A stretch of DNA of 64,000 nt from Octopus vulgaris (taxonomy: Eukaryota), in assembly GCA_951406725.2 (NCBI GenBank), contig OX597821.1:50468001-50532000 (forward strand), given 5' to 3'. The translations under genes and the position numbers were made by a program. Below are positions 47,110 through 62,880 of this stretch, one piece after another. How positions within the stretch are numbered: the stretch's first letter is position 1; each line of letters opens with the position of its first letter. The notes beneath the pieces were generated by a model. It ran no database searches, had not been told where the DNA came from, and saw nothing but the letters and a program-made list of their open reading frames with translations.

Positions 47110-48930
47110 TCTTTTCTTTGTCACCAGGGCGAAGGAGGAGGGGATAATACAAAGACAGACATAAAGTGTGTGGGTTTACATATAATGGAATGATACAATA
47201 AAAAGTATGCACAGTATATATTACAAGAAGGGAGTATACATAGTATATGATACTAGAAAAAGAGGGGAAAAAAAGGATTGAAATGGGATCCCCCTGATTC
47301 AGGAGGACCTCTAGGGATAATCAAGGAACCCCACCATTCAAGATCACTCTGAGTACCTAGTACGAGAGCCCACTCCAACTTCTTTCTTCTGACTCACTGG
47401 TCTACGCTGTGAGTGGTACCATCCACTCTTGCCATTTTTGCAACTTTCACTCATCTTTTGATAAATTCACTCGAAGACTACACCTCCCTCTTCACACTTA
47501 CTTTCCTTTTCAAGTGGAACTTGAAAAAGTCGATGAAGGCTTTACCAAAGAAGAAAGTTTCTATCCTCATTTCTTTTAGCCTCATCTACCAGACAACCTC
47601 TTTCGCCGCAGCCATCAGACAAAAGAAAACTGCCTTGCCAGTCCGATTAAAGGAGGGTGGCGAGGCAGTCATCATTATGGACTCAGACGACAGACGGATC
47701 TGTCCTACACGCGACAGCAGCTGTTCGACATAACTACACAAGTCAGCTGAACGAATGCATGCAGAACGGTTTCGTTGCTCTGCGAGCACCTCGAACAAGC
47801 CCATCTGACAGTACATCTGTGTCTGTAGAGTTTATCTCGAACCGGTATCACCCCCACCCCGCATAGCACTGCCAGGCCAAAGACATCTGAAAATTATCCA
47901 TAACAATCCCCGACTGGAAAGTCCTCCGGAATAAACTTGCCAGTCCGTCTTCGTCGACGCCTAGGATCTCCTCGAGGACGTCATCTCACTACCCCGCTAC
48001 TAATCGTATGTAAATATCTAAAGTGGAACATCCACCGATCCTGTTGCCCGACTTGTAGAGGACAGTGAGCACCTGACGACATTTTAAGTGCCAAGGCGCC
48101 CACTCTCAGCCTATCCTTTACCCAAGACTGCGTCAAGGAAACGAGCTACAGAAAGGCGTATCTCATAAACGGAGCCCACACACGTTCTAGAAATCGCTGC
48201 AGGTGGCGCAACCTGAGTGCATGTCTGCGCATTAAAATCCATGGCATGTCTAAGTCGCCACCTAAAGGAAGTTGGCAGCAGACCGATCGCTTGTCCACAG
48301 GAACGTGTCCTTTCCATAACAAAATAAACAGGGTACACTCCAATCTAATCAAGCAGTAACTGAAGCAAGGCACAACGGTCAGACGATAGATAATGACAGA
48401 GGTGATGTAGGCATTCGCCACCTCTGCCTGACCTTTCAGAGACAACTTCCTCTTTGCACCTTTGTGGGTAAGGTCACCCTGCTGGTCACCTCTTCCTAAT
48501 TCTTATCCACCTGGAGGTCGGGACCAAACCAGATCCCGAGCAGTTTCAGTGGTCCGTCAGTCCAGCGTACGACGACGCCGTCCAACGGCATCGATCAGCC
48601 TCTCCAGGTTCCCAGTTGCAATTCCACCGACTTGTGCCGACTTGATTTTAGCCCCTGCAACCGACTCATATTCCTTTATAATGGATACGACCGTCTCCAC
48701 TTCGGAGGAGTTCGACACCATAACGCTGAATTCGTCTGTGTATGAAGACACTGCCCTCTCAAGTCCAATTTCAAAAGAGAAGCCTCTTAACTGTTTTAAT
48801 TTCCGCAGTAGTGGCTCGAGAGCCAGCACATACAGAAGAGGTGACAACGGGCAGCCTTAACGAACCGAACGTGCGATACTAAACGGTTCCGATAGGTGGC
48901 CATTTACTTTGACCATCGCGCAGGTGCTGC
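47110..48930 (-). mobile_element. Tx1/L1-clade LINE ORF2 remnant and 3' end
   Basis: QG-like/SPLLYVLALEPLLRKL, YTDE (YADD equivalent), LKGQAEVANAYI and GGDLDMP motifs; A-rich tail at ~47110. Confidence 0.8.
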
Positions 48931-49079
48931 TGTTTCAGAGCTTGGATCATAGAGAAATTCTCAGACAAAAAATTTTGACAATCAAGTCACACACACACAC
49001 TTACGCGCGCGCGCACACATCTATATTCCATGGTTTCAGATGTGTCCACTCAGTGGAATCTGTCTAGTACTGGGATCTC

Positions 49080-49290
49080 GTATTTGCTGCATTTAGTACT
49101 GTGGTCTAGCATTTGAGCTCGGTTCCCATAAACTCTGTGCAAGATGGGTGCCAAGAGAACTAACTGCAGGGCACAAGCGCAAACGTCTTGAGGTCTGCCA
49201 ACGTTTACTCAATCGCTAAAACAATGAAGGCAAGAAACTTTTGAGCAGAATAGTCACAGGAGATGAAACGTATGACCATCATTATGATAG
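49080..49290 (+). mobile_element. mariner transposase fragment
   Basis: WVPR and LSRIVTGDETYDHHYD motifs. Confidence 0.7.
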
Positions 49291-49839
49291 CGGACAATCT
49301 GCCATCAAGCTTGTGAAACCGCCGGGACAAGGCGTCGTCAATGGATCGAAGAGCGCTGAGCAAGATGTGTTGCAGCTGCTGCTAGATCACTTCGAACTCC
49401 CAACTCATCGGTTTCTTGTCTGACCCGTAGAAAACTGTGCCGCTCGGCTTTGGGTCTCCGTTCACATCAGCGTGTTTACCAACTGCATTTAGCATCAACT
49501 TGAAGGGATATCGTTGTCCTAAGAACCGAGGGATCTCTAAACAGTAAAAATTTTTGGATTCGCTTGGTGTAAGCCGGCATTCTTCACGTCTATTCTCGAA
49601 ATGGCTAACAGTAGATAACTTAGATAAGTGTTGGCCCTTTAATCTCTTAGTTGTCTTAGACATTAAGCTGCAACGTTGCTATGAAACCGTTTTGAAGAAT
49701 TTTAGTCAAGCGATCAACTCCAGTACTTATTTTTTCTTAATATATTCTATCGGCCTTTTCTAAAAAAAATTAATTCTATTCTTAGTATATTCTATCGCCG
49801 TCTTCGAAAAAAATTTAATAGAAAAAGAGTTGGAAAAAT

Positions 49840-51140
49840 ATATGCCAACTATTAAATATATCTCTCGGGGGGTGAAATATGCAGCGGTGAGGTTGCTATT
49901 TGACACCCACGAAGAGGCTCGCGAATTTGCGAGCCAGCCCCTGGAGGGCAGAGAAATTTTGTTTCTTCCCACTTAAGTTGACGAAGGCTTGGGTCTGCGG
50001 TTTGCCACCCGGAATTGAGCCCGAGTGGATAGAGGATACTATCCGCCGGGGTCTGTGTGGCAGCAGTACCAAGCTCCTCAATGTAAATATCTTGCCTGCG
50101 GCTGATTGGGAGGGGTCAAAATCTGTTTTGACCCTATGAACCCAATCAACCGAAAATCTGGTATTTCCAGATTAGAAAAAAAATGGCCGGGTCTAGGTGT
50201 CCGGTGATGCTTGAGGGACGCCTCCCACCCAAGTGTCACCTGTGCCTGGATCCGTCCATATTAAAAAGAACTGCTCTTAGGACCAAATTAAGGTCCTGGA
50301 GCAGTTGATAAAGATATCGCTCCCTGCTCCCTCATCGGAGGGAGAGAAGGAGGAATCGAGGATGTGGAAACCTTCTCGAAAAAAGCAAAAATGCATAAGG
50401 CTGCGGGCTCATGGAAGAAAAAGAAAAAAAAGAAAAGCAGGACATTGCTGGCAGTTTGTGACACACTGCCTTCGGTGTGAATTGTGCCACCGAAGGTGGA
50501 TACTGTAGATCCCTCCCATGCTGTGGAGGCGGAGTTTGTGGTCCTCTTCCATAAGGGAGGGATAATAGAAAACTTCATTAAGAAGTTTAAAAGGAAGGGC
50601 CGAAGGGAGGTGATTCTGTCCTGCACGGAGGACCCTGACTGGCCTTCGCAGGTGGATGCAGAGGTCATATGGGAGACTGATCTGTGCAGGATAATGAACT
50701 CCTTCCCAGAGGACACTTTTAATTTTGTGTTGAAACGGCCCGACTTGACACCGTCCAGGTGTTTGACCAAGGCGAGAAATCTAGACGGGCAGGAAGGGTT
50801 GTAAATGATTGAAGTAAGAGGCTTGGTGCCTCATTTTTGTTGTTTTGCTGAATTCGTATTTACTTGTGTAAGAGGTTTGTTGCCTCACAGTGGATTTTTG
50901 TGTTGTAAATGTGAGAGGTTTATTACCTCATTAATGTTTTGCTTTGAACTGTGTAAGCGGTTTGTTGTCTCAAATATGGTACTTATAAAGAACAATGTGC
51001 TCGAGTAAACAGTAATCGGCGGGAGTTGCTGTTGCCCTCATTATTATCATATCGTTTATCATTTCATTTCATTATGTCCTTGTCCAGCCCGCAGCTTCCT
51101 TTCTTTGTAAGGCCTTTATGGCCAATCTAATGAATAAAAG
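49840..51140 (+). mobile_element. Tx1/L1-like LINE ORF1-type remnant with 3' UTR
   Basis: RRM-like AWVCGLPPGIEPEWI, remnant C..C....H....C knuckle at ~50235-50275, A-rich end aataaaagaa. Confidence 0.45.
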
Positions 51141-51278
51141 AAGCTTGCTTCCCAATCACATGATCCCCAGTTCAGTCCCACTGCGTGGCACTCTGGGCAA
51201 GTATCTTCTACTATGGCCTCGGGTCGACCAAAACCCTGTGAGAGGCTTTGGTAGACGGTAACTGAAAGAAGCCCATCG

Positions 51279-51309
<31 letters not shown>

Positions 51310-51480
51310 ATCTTTATGTCTATGTTTGTCCCCTACCACTGTTTGACAGTGTTGGTGTGTTTAGATTCCCGTAACTCAGCGGTTCGGTAAAATTAACCTG
51401 GGGTCGAATTGTTCGACTAAAACCTTTCAAGGCGGTGTCCCAGCACGGGTACAGTAAAGTGACTGGAACAAGTAAAATAT
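51140..51480 (+). mobile_element. SINE family B
   Basis: Similar to 42935-43345. Confidence 0.8.
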
Positions 51481-51519
51481 AACGGATTAAAGAAAAAAAA
51501 ATGATTCACTATATTTTAA

Positions 51520-51640
51520 ACAAATTCTGCCAATCATTCCAAAAGGTACATCTGCTGATGAGCTGAGAGGGTATTCATAAAAATCCTTTATTTGGAGACT
51601 TAGTGGAAAAATTTCCTCTTTGTATAAACACGAGAACTGT
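51520..51640 (+). mobile_element. Old Helitron helicase fragment
   Basis: QILPIIPKGTSADEL (Pif1-type motif III region). Confidence 0.55.
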
Positions 51641-51651
51641 ACTTAATCAGA

Positions 51652-51980
51652 GTGAGGGCGCGTGGCTTAGTGGTTAGGGCATTCGGCTCATGATCGTAAG
51701 GTTGTGAGTTCGATTCCCGGCGACGCGTTGTGTCCTTGAGCAAGACACTTTATTTCACGTTGCTCCAGTCCACTCAGCTGGCAAAAATGAGTTTGTACTT
51801 GTATTTCAAATGGTCAGCCTTGTCACTCTCTGTGTCACGCTGATTATCCCCGAGAACTACGTTAAGGGTACACGTGTCTGTGGAATGCTCAGCCATTTGC
51901 ACGTTAATTTCACAAGCAAGCTGTTCCGTTGATCGTATCAGCTGGGACCCTCGTCGTCGTAACCGGCGGAGTCTTTAAAA
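51652..51980 (+). mobile_element. tRNA-derived SINE family C
   Basis: A-box TGGCTTAGTGG, B-box GAGTTCGATTCC, gtgtccttgagcaagacac domain; 11-bp TSD acttaatcaga at 51641 and 51981. Confidence 0.9.
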
Positions 51981-52327
51981 ACTTAATCAGAAGCGAGTCT
52001 ACAAAAAGAGAAAAAAAGAAGTTTTATTTCATTGGTCTGATACCAGCTGACACTGAGAATGGAGATGTTGAAAATATCTGGGAATTATTGAACAATCATT
52101 TGTTTTGCAGAAACAACAGTGGCCATGCTGTGAGGATATGATTATGAATAAATATAACGCTCATAAACAAACCAATTTGTTTAACAGCAGCCAGTTTTTT
52201 CATAACTGTGAATGAAAACGATTACCTACGACGTACCACCACAGTTCGATTGTATGTATGTATGTATGTATGTATGTATGTGAGTGTGTGTGTGCGCACA
52301 TGCACTTATATATATACATATACATAT

Positions 52328-52384
<57 letters not shown>

Positions 52385-52399
<15 letters not shown>

Positions 52400-53824
52400 G
52401 GCAGTTTGTCTGTCTGTGTGTCTGTCAGGTTGTACCCTTACCCTGACCACGGCTTTCAACCGATTCTGATGAAACTTGACACACACACAGCGCAATGTCA
52501 TAATTCAAAACTAACGCAGCGAAAATTTTGAAAAGTTCCCCCAGTTCTGAAAAAAATCGATAAATTCGACATGGGGTCGAGAATCTAAGCTTTTTATATG
52601 CAACACATTTTCTGTTGTAGTTTTCGCAACTTGCAATCGATTTTCACCAAACTCATGGTGAAGCTTAATGTTACCCTAAGAAACTTAATTCTGACGTTAG
52701 TTTTCCATGCAATACCATCAGAAAAAATCGATAAAATCATGCCATTTTGGGAAATCGCGTTCAAATTCAAGATGACATATTTTCGACAATATCTTTTCAC
52801 AAATTGGCAGGAATTTTTTAAAATTCACAGCGAGCATCATGTCTGCTCCAAGGAGCTATATGGCCCTTTTATTCCAATAGGATACTTTATTACTGGAAAA
52901 AATCGGTTAATTAAATCATATGTGGCACACATAGCAAACCGATTTGTGTATTAAACACAAACCACAGACTGTCTAGGTGACGCAACTTGACCTTTTAAAC
53001 TCACTTTGCACCACTGTCGACACCCCTGCTAGCTTCCGGGACACTGTCTTCCACGACCGGCAAAACAATTTACGCGACCTAAAATGGCTGGCAGGCAGAG
53101 CTATTCTCGCACCCAAAAATACAACCGTCAACTCCATCAATATCCAGCTACTTGAAGCTATTCCTGGTGATGTCCACATCTACAAATCTATAGATAGGAC
53201 AGCAGACCCCGCCGAGCTTGCCGATTATCCTGTTGAATTCCTGAATTCACTTTGAACCGCCAGGCCTGCCGCCACATATCCTGAAGTTAAAAGTCGGTGC
53301 GCCCATTATGCTCATCAGCAATATGGTTCCACCTAAACAGTGCAACGGCACACATCTGGTTGTGAAACATTTGGCACCACATTTAATAACGGCCACAATA
53401 CTTACCGGTTGTGGGAAGAGAGAGGACGTCTTCATTCCACGCATGCACCTTCAACCGTCGGGCGCTGACCTACCAATCCACTTCAGGCGTTCTCAGTTTC
53501 CTGTTAAACTCTGCTTCGCAATGTCCATCAATAAATCCCAAGGCCAAACGCTACAAGTCGCTGGGTTACATTTGGGCGAACAGTGCTTCGCCCACGGTTA
53601 ACTCTACGTGGGCTGTTCATGCTTTGGGAGGCGCAATGATGTTTTCATGTTTTCGCCCAAAGGGACAGCTAGGAACATCGTATACACAGAAGTATTCGAG
53701 TGAAGAGAAGACATTGCAACCTACACATGCACCTTCGTTCCCTAGAGGGAAATGACTAGATTGGGATTAGTCGTTGCCTACTAGGGGCTCTTACATACCC
53801 GGGATACGCCGGGCTATGCTGCTA

Positions 53825-53825
<1 letters not shown>
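52385..53825 (+). mobile_element. Internally deleted Helitron with Pif1-type helicase C-terminus
   Basis: [27 protein letters not shown] and [13 protein letters not shown] motifs; 3' hairpin cccgg..ccggg + CTAG at 53822-53825; 5' end shared with 1939-2310. Confidence 0.9.
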
Positions 53826-53859
<34 letters not shown>

Positions 53860-53863
<4 letters not shown>

Positions 53864-54024
53864 CGCAAGTGTGGCTGTGTGGTAAGAAGCTTGCTTCTCT
53901 CCCACATGGTTCCGGATTCAGTCCCACTGCGTGACACCTTGGGCAAGTGTCTTCTACTATAGCCTCAGGCCGACCAAAGCCTTGTGAGTGGATTTAGTAG
54001 ACGGAAACTGATAGAAGATCGTCT

Positions 54025-54063
<39 letters not shown>

Positions 54064-54305
54064 CTGAGTGTATTTATATATGTGTGTTATTGTGTCTGTG
54101 TTTGTCCCCTCGTCATCGCTTGATAACCGATGCTGGTGTGTTTATGTTCCCGTAACCAAGCGGTTCGGTAAAACAGACCGATAGAATAAGTATTAGGCTT
54201 TCAAAGAATAAGTCCTGAGGTTGATTTCTTCGTCTGAAATCCTATGAGGCGGAGCTCCAGCATGGCCGCAGTCAAATGACTGGAAGCTGAAATGTGCAAA
54301 AGAAT
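53860..54305 (+). mobile_element. SINE family B, full length
   Basis: Similar to 42935-43345. Confidence 0.88.
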
Positions 54306-54325
54306 AAAATGATACACATACACAC

Positions 54326-54370
<45 letters not shown>

Positions 54371-54559
54371 TATATATATGGTTTCAAATTTTGGCACAAG
54401 GCCAGCAAATTTAGAGGAAGGGTATGGTCGATTTTTTCGGCCCAAATACTTGACTAGTACTATGTGTGTGTGTGTGTGTGTGTGTTCGGGCTAAAATTGA
54501 CAGTTTCTATAAAAGGAAAAGAAAATACAATATCTCATCCAAAGAGTATTTAAAAAAAT

Positions 54560-55130
54560 ACAAAATCTATCAACTAGGTTATGGCCAGGAGATAATTTAA
54601 ACAGAGTAGCCGCACTTTGCTATCACCACGGTCTCAAGACGTCCACTGGACTTGGGCGCATACGTTCTTCACTGTGTTCTTGGTAAGATCTTCGAACACC
54701 TCCTTGATCTTGGCCACCAGCTCAGTCCTGGAATTTCAGGCAGATCGGTTGGTGTCTATTCTCAACCGTGTCCCCCACACAATAATCCACGTGACTACAA
54801 TCCGGGAAATTAGGAAACTTGAAATCGGGGCTGGTGAAATCGTAAAAGTTCTCCGACAAACACCTCTTACTCTTTCAAGGGGCCGAATTCTGCTGCCACA
54901 CATACGGCTTCCCAGCAGAAACCCCCTGTAGCCAGGCCTTTCAGCACAGTCTCCAACAGCTTCTCTTAGCCGTCCGAATTGAGCCTAAGGTCTTGTTCAT
55001 AAATGTGGGGCAGCATGATGTCTCTCTCATAGGAAACACATACAAAGACCTGCTGGATACGGCTTCATAGTCTCCGTTGTAGCTGCCCTTGTCATATCTT
55101 AACAGCCCTTACAGTATTCACAGAGCATTG
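54560..55130 (-). mobile_element. Tc1/maT-like transposase remnant
   Basis: Minus strand WQQNSAP...FYDFTSPDFKFPNFPDCSHVDYC (degenerate WPPNSPDxNPxDY)...TELVAKIKEVF. Confidence 0.6.
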
Positions 55131-55147
55131 AGCAACAGTGATGATGA

Positions 55148-55562
55148 CAGGCGAGCTGGCAGAATCGTTAGCACGTCGGGCGAAATGCTTAGCGGTACTT
55201 CGGCTGCCGTTACGTTGTGAGTTCAAATTCCGCCGAGGTCGACTTTGCCTTTCATCCTTTCGGGGTCGATAAATTAAGTACCAGTTACGCACTGGGGTCG
55301 ATGTAATCGACTTAATACCTATGTCTGTCCATGTTTATCCCCTCTGTGTTTAGCCCCTTGTGGGTAATAAAGAAATAGGTATTTCGTCTGCCGTTACGTT
55401 GTGAGTTCAAATTCCGCCGAGGTCGACTTTGCCTTTCATCCTTTCGGGGTCGATAAATTAAGTACCAGTTACGCACTGGGGTCGATGTAATCGACTTAAT
55501 ACCTATGTCTGTCCTTGTTTATCCCCTCTATGTTTAGCCCCTTGTGGGTAATAAAGAAATAA
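55148..55562 (+). mobile_element. Family A SINE with a tandem duplication of its 3' ~185 bp
   Basis: 55195-55378 is repeated at 55378-55562 almost identically. Confidence 0.9.
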
Positions 55563-56169
55563 GTATTTTAAAATTCAGCACGAATCAAGATACTTGTAAC
55601 TCTTTTCCAGATATTCAGATGGCTTCCAGTCCTCCATGTCAGCAAACTGCAATTTTAATCTTTATGCTCTCGAACGTCGTTGACTGTTTCAGAACAAAAA
55701 AAGGACAAAAATTCATCAAATTTAGTCCGAACACGGTATATGTATCTATATTCATATATGTGGTTGTGGTCAAGTCCCAAGTCAAACGTAACAAAGCAAA
55801 CCCATAATCAAAGACGCTTTAGTTATAACTATTTACCGTATTTTAACGTGTATAAGGAACCCTCTTTTGCCAAAAATTAAGTTAAAAAAATGTGGAAGCT
55901 TCTTATACATGGATAGAATTGTAATCCCTTATAAACCCTTTTTCCAAATTTTAAGCCCTCCCCCCAAATTAGGGGGTTCTTTATACACGAGGGTTCTTTA
56001 TACACGTTAAAATACAGTAGTTTGTTGTTGAAGACAATCTCTATCTACAACAAATAATACTGTCCTACTTCGCCTTCTCTTGGTGTTATTTGAGCGCGTT
56101 TTGGCTGCTATACCTAGCAGACTAAATAACCTCAATTTCTCTTCTGACTCGCTGCAGTCAGTGTCTCTG

Positions 56170-56205
56170 TATGTGTGTGTTTACATATCTATCTGTCTAT
56201 CTATA

Positions 56206-56289
<84 letters not shown>

Positions 56290-56385
56290 GACATTATATA
56301 TACACATACACACACGCACGCACACACTCACTCCCCCACACAATATATATATATAATTTATATATGCTATATATATATAATAATA

Positions 56386-56456
<71 letters not shown>

Positions 56457-56595
56457 TAATATATAATCTATATAATATATATATAATACAATGTATAATA
56501 TACATATATAAGGAATGTAATATTTATTATATAATATATAATGATATTATATAATATTATATAATATTATATAATATTATATAATATTATATAAC

Positions 56596-56657
<62 letters not shown>

Positions 56658-56744
56658 ATATTTACACATATATACACATATATTATATTTACACATATAT
56701 ACACACATATATTATCTAGGTCGACACAACACACACACACCTAT

Positions 56745-56793
<49 letters not shown>

Positions 56794-56903
56794 CGTTGAT
56801 CTTTATTCGTTGATATGTATTCAGCAAGCTGGTTGAACTATGTCAGAGCAACCGCGGACGTGTATGTTTGTCTGATCCGTGCAGCTAATATGAACACACA
56901 CAC

Positions 56904-56971
<68 letters not shown>

Positions 56972-57180
56972 CACGACATACACTTGTTTTGTGATAGATG
57001 TGTGTTTGTGTAATTGCATGTATCTGCTTGTGCATGACACCGCGCGTTTCTAGCCATTAAGCGGATATGTGAAATTTCAAATGACCACACATGAGGAACC
57101 AGGTGTTTAACATATACCCTCCTGTATTGAGTACTATATTACTCTTCTTGTCTGTTCTTACGTAATCCTTCTCCCCCTCT

Positions 57181-57225
<45 letters not shown>
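56170..57225. repeat. Compound microsatellite cluster: (TATC)n, (TA)n, (ATAATATTAT)n, (CA)n
   Basis: Direct observation. Confidence 0.95.
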
Positions 57226-57230
<5 letters not shown>

Positions 57231-57313
57231 TAATAATAAATATTAGGGAATAAATCCAAACTTACAGGGAAAAATCAGATTTAGGATTGAATCCAATTTT
57301 ATAGTAAAATATT

Positions 57314-57592
57314 ATATTATATTAAATTAGAGACAAAACCACTATTAGGCAAATCATACAATGAACAACTTAAGCCAATACATAAGATTATTTAATTTAT
57401 ATTATTTAAATATATAACAAAATTATTTAAAAAATATAATTAATATATCACTATATATATATATTAATTATATTTTTTAATAATTTTGTTATATATTTAA
57501 ATAATATAAATTAAATAATCTTATGTATTGGCTTAAGTTTTTCATTGTATGATTTACCTAATAGTGGTTTTGTCTCTAATTTAATATAATAT
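57314..57592. repeat. ~135-bp near-perfect AT-rich palindrome
   Basis: attagagacaaaaccactattagg...aagccaatacataagattatttaa mirrored by ttaaataatcttatgtattggctt...cctaatagtggttttgtctctaat. Confidence 0.9.
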
Positions 57593-57693
57593 ATATATAT
57601 ATAAATTCATGTGTATATATTTATATATATATATGTATGTATATATATTCTTATGTATCTATCTATTTGTGTATGTGTGTCTGTCTCTTTCAC

Positions 57694-57769
<76 letters not shown>

Positions 57770-57944
57770 TTTTATCCTTTTACGTGTTTCAGTCATTTGA
57801 CTACGGCCATGCCTTTAGCCGAACAAATTGACTCCAGGACTTATTCTTTGTAAGCCTAGTACTTATTCTATCGGTCTCTTGCTGAACCACAAAGTTACGG
57901 TGACGTTAACACACCAACATCGGTTGTCAAGCGATGGTGTGGGG

Positions 57945-58038
<94 letters not shown>

Positions 58039-58190
58039 GTGTGTGTTAGACTCCTTTCAGTTTCCGCCGACCAAAACTACTCACAGGGCTTTGTCCAATC
58101 AGAGACTATGGTAGAAGACACTTGTCCAGGGGACTGAAGCCGGAACCATCTGGTTGGAAGCAAGCTTTTTACCACACAGCCACCACTCAC
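57770..58190 (-). mobile_element. SINE family B with expanded internal (TA)n
   Basis: Reverse complement of the family B head and tail. Confidence 0.8.
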
Positions 58191-58583
58191 GTATGCATAT
58201 GTAATATAGATAATGCTCATACGCACGCACACACACACACACACACTCACACATACACGTATGTGTGTATGTATGTATGTAGGTATGTGCGTATATGTGT
58301 ATTGATGCATACATGTATATATCACGTCTGCATGTGTGCTGTTGATTAATGGCTCATGGAGCAACATTTAGCTGTTGAAAATGAATGAAATAACAATACG
58401 CACAATTAGATTGCAATCACCAAAATACCACCACTACCACCAACTCCACCACCACCACCACCACCATCACCACCACCATCACCACCATAGCAGTCATCAT
58501 CGTCATATTTGTCTATTTATAGAATCGTCATTCGATGCGGGTAAATTACTTATGTCAGTAGGACTATAAATGGAAAGAGGACA

Positions 58584-58618
<35 letters not shown>

Positions 58619-58899
58619 GGAAGGAAAGAGTGTGAGAGAGAGAGGAAGAGAAAGAGAGAAGGAATGTGAGGGAAAAACGTGTGTGCATGTATTGTAAATT
58701 GTTTTATATATGTTTTCTCTCTCCTTCTCTCGCTCTCTCTCGCTCTTGCTTTATCTCCCCTCTCTCTCTCTCACTCTCTCTCTCTCTCTCTATCTCTCTA
58801 TGATAGATATGGCCGGTCTATGGGTTTACCTTGGGTTTCACATCCACAAAGCACTTAGCCTTACAGCGTTTCTGCAGGCCTTAAACCGACTATATCTGT

Positions 58900-60715
<1,816 letters not shown>

Positions 60716-60778
60716 GCGGTGCCCCAGCATGGCCTCAGCCGGATGGCTGAAACAAGTAAAAGAGTAAAGAGTAAAAGA

Positions 60779-60841
<63 letters not shown>

Positions 60842-60929
60842 CATATATATAGGTACAATAAATTCAGGGTGAATACTTGATAAATGTAAGCACCTGTATA
60901 TGCCAGCTAGTGGCATAGGTGAGAGGATA

Positions 60930-61291
60930 TATGTATCAAATGAAATAAATGAAAAACAGGACACAAAGTATGTTGCGGTACATATGTTTCGGGCTTTATA
61001 GAACAACTTATTCTTACATCAATGCATAATCGACATAACAGATAGTTCAAAAGCCCTCTTCAGCCGCATGCAATTGCTACACCAAAGACTTGTATCACAT
61101 TATGAAAGGTTTGAGAAAAAACATTTGGTGTTGTTTATAATGGTAGGTAAACCGAGTATCACTGGGAAAGTATGTTTGTAAATCTTCATAGGCGTACATG
61201 GTATTATTAGACTCCAAAACAAATCGTCTATACCGTTTTCTCACCGCAACATCCTTTGTGTCCTGTTTTTCATTTATTTCATTTGATACAT
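60930..61291. mobile_element. Penelope-like element remnant with an inverted partial terminal repeat
   Basis: 60930-60979 is inverted at 61243-61291; contains the hammerhead; embedded in TA microsatellites. Confidence 0.55.
60974..61068 (-). ncRNA. Type I hammerhead ribozyme with intact core and 52-nt stem II insert
   Basis: Minus strand: TGCGG-CTGAAGA-GGGCTTT-[52 nt]-AAAGCCC-GAAAC-ATAT-GTA-CCGCA; palindromic ACATATGT stem III. Confidence 0.8.
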
Positions 61292-61306
61292 ACATAGATA
61301 CATAGA

Positions 61307-61370
<64 letters not shown>

Positions 61371-61396
61371 CTCTCTCTCTCTCTCTCTCTCTCTCT

Positions 61397-61782
61397 CGTG
61401 CTAGTAGGGTGCTAAGAGCACCATCCGAGCGTGATTGTTGCCAGAGCGGCTAACTGGTCTCCGTGCCGGTGGCAGGTAAAAGGGAACCTTTCGAGCGTGA
61501 TCGTTACCAGCATCGCCTTACTGGCACCTGTGCCGGTGGCATGTGTAAAAATATTCGAGCGAGGTGTCATTGCCAGTACCGCCTGACTAGCCCCGTGTCG
61601 ATGGCACGTAAAAGCACCCACTACACTCTCGGAGTGGTTGGCGTTAGGAAGGGCATCCAGCCGTAGAAACTCTGCCAGATCAAGATTGAAGCCTGGTGCA
61701 ACCATCTGGTTCGCCAGCCCTCAGTCAAATCGTCCAACCCATGCTAGCATGGAAAGCGGACGTTAAACGATGATGATGATGA
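61397..61782 (+). mobile_element. RTE LINE 3' UTR, well preserved, (GAT)n tail
   Basis: Matches 23810-24175. Confidence 0.85.
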
Positions 61783-61789
61783 TATATAC

Positions 61790-62023
61790 CCTTTTATTCT
61801 TTTACTTGTTTCAGATATTTCGACTGCAGCCATGCTGGAGCACCGCCTTTAGTCGAGCAAATCGATCCCAGCACTAATTCTTTGTAAGCCTAGTACTTAT
61901 TCAAGTACTTTTGCGGAACCGCTAAGTTACGGGGACGTAAGCACACCAGCATTGACTGTCAAGCGATGTTACGGGGGGTTGTTACATATGTGATGGGTTG
62001 TTACTCGGAGTTTCTTGTTTTTC

Positions 62024-62098
<75 letters not shown>

Positions 62099-62119
62099 GT
62101 CTGTCTATCTGTCTGTCTA

Positions 62120-62172
<53 letters not shown>

Positions 62173-62675
62173 GTGTGCTTGTGTTTGTCCCCCTCCACTG
62201 CTTGACAACTGGTGTTAGTTTGCTTACATCCCTGTAAAAATTGACGGTTCAGCAAAACGAAGCCCATAGCACAAGAAAAACCAAAAAAAAAAGGAGAACA
62301 GATACTGGGGTTGATTCGTTCAACGAAACCCTTCAAGGCAGTGCCCTGCATGACGGCACCCCACTGACTCAAACGAGAAAAATATGTAGAAAGTGGTAGA
62401 ACATCGTTTTGCATCAGCAGATTCTACTCATATCAGTTAATCAAAACCGCACAAGAAGTGAAACAGAAGTTAGATATTATATCTTGCTTCTGTCATTAGT
62501 CTGCCGGCATGCTGGGGCACTGCCTTGGGGAATTTTTAGTCGAATGTTTCAACCTCAGTACTTATCTTTTGTTTAAAGCCTGGTACTTGTTCTATAAGTC
62601 TCTTTGCTGAACCGCTAAGATACGGGGATGTAAACACATCAATACAGGTTGTCAATCGGTGGCGGTGGGGGGCAT

Positions 62676-62736
<61 letters not shown>

Positions 62737-62880
62737 CACGAGCTTCTCTTAATTTCCGTCTACCAAATCCACTCACAAAACTCTGGTCGGTTCGAGTCTA
62801 TAGTAGAAGACATTTGCCCAAAGTGCCACCCAGTGGGCCTGAACCCGCAACCATGTGCTTGAGAAGCAAACTTTTTACTT
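61790..62880. mobile_element. Three family B SINE pieces (61790-61975 -, 62170-62380 +, 62490-62880 -) with TATC/TGTC/CA microsatellites
   Basis: Similarity to 42935-43345. Confidence 0.75.

Noticed and set aside
49290-49750. Possible additional DNA transposon coding remnant
   Set aside because: No motif I could assign with confidence
51655-51730. tRNA-like sequences with A and B boxes (also 59210-59283)
   Set aside because: They are SINE heads continuing into SINE bodies, one with a TSD; no complete cloverleaf
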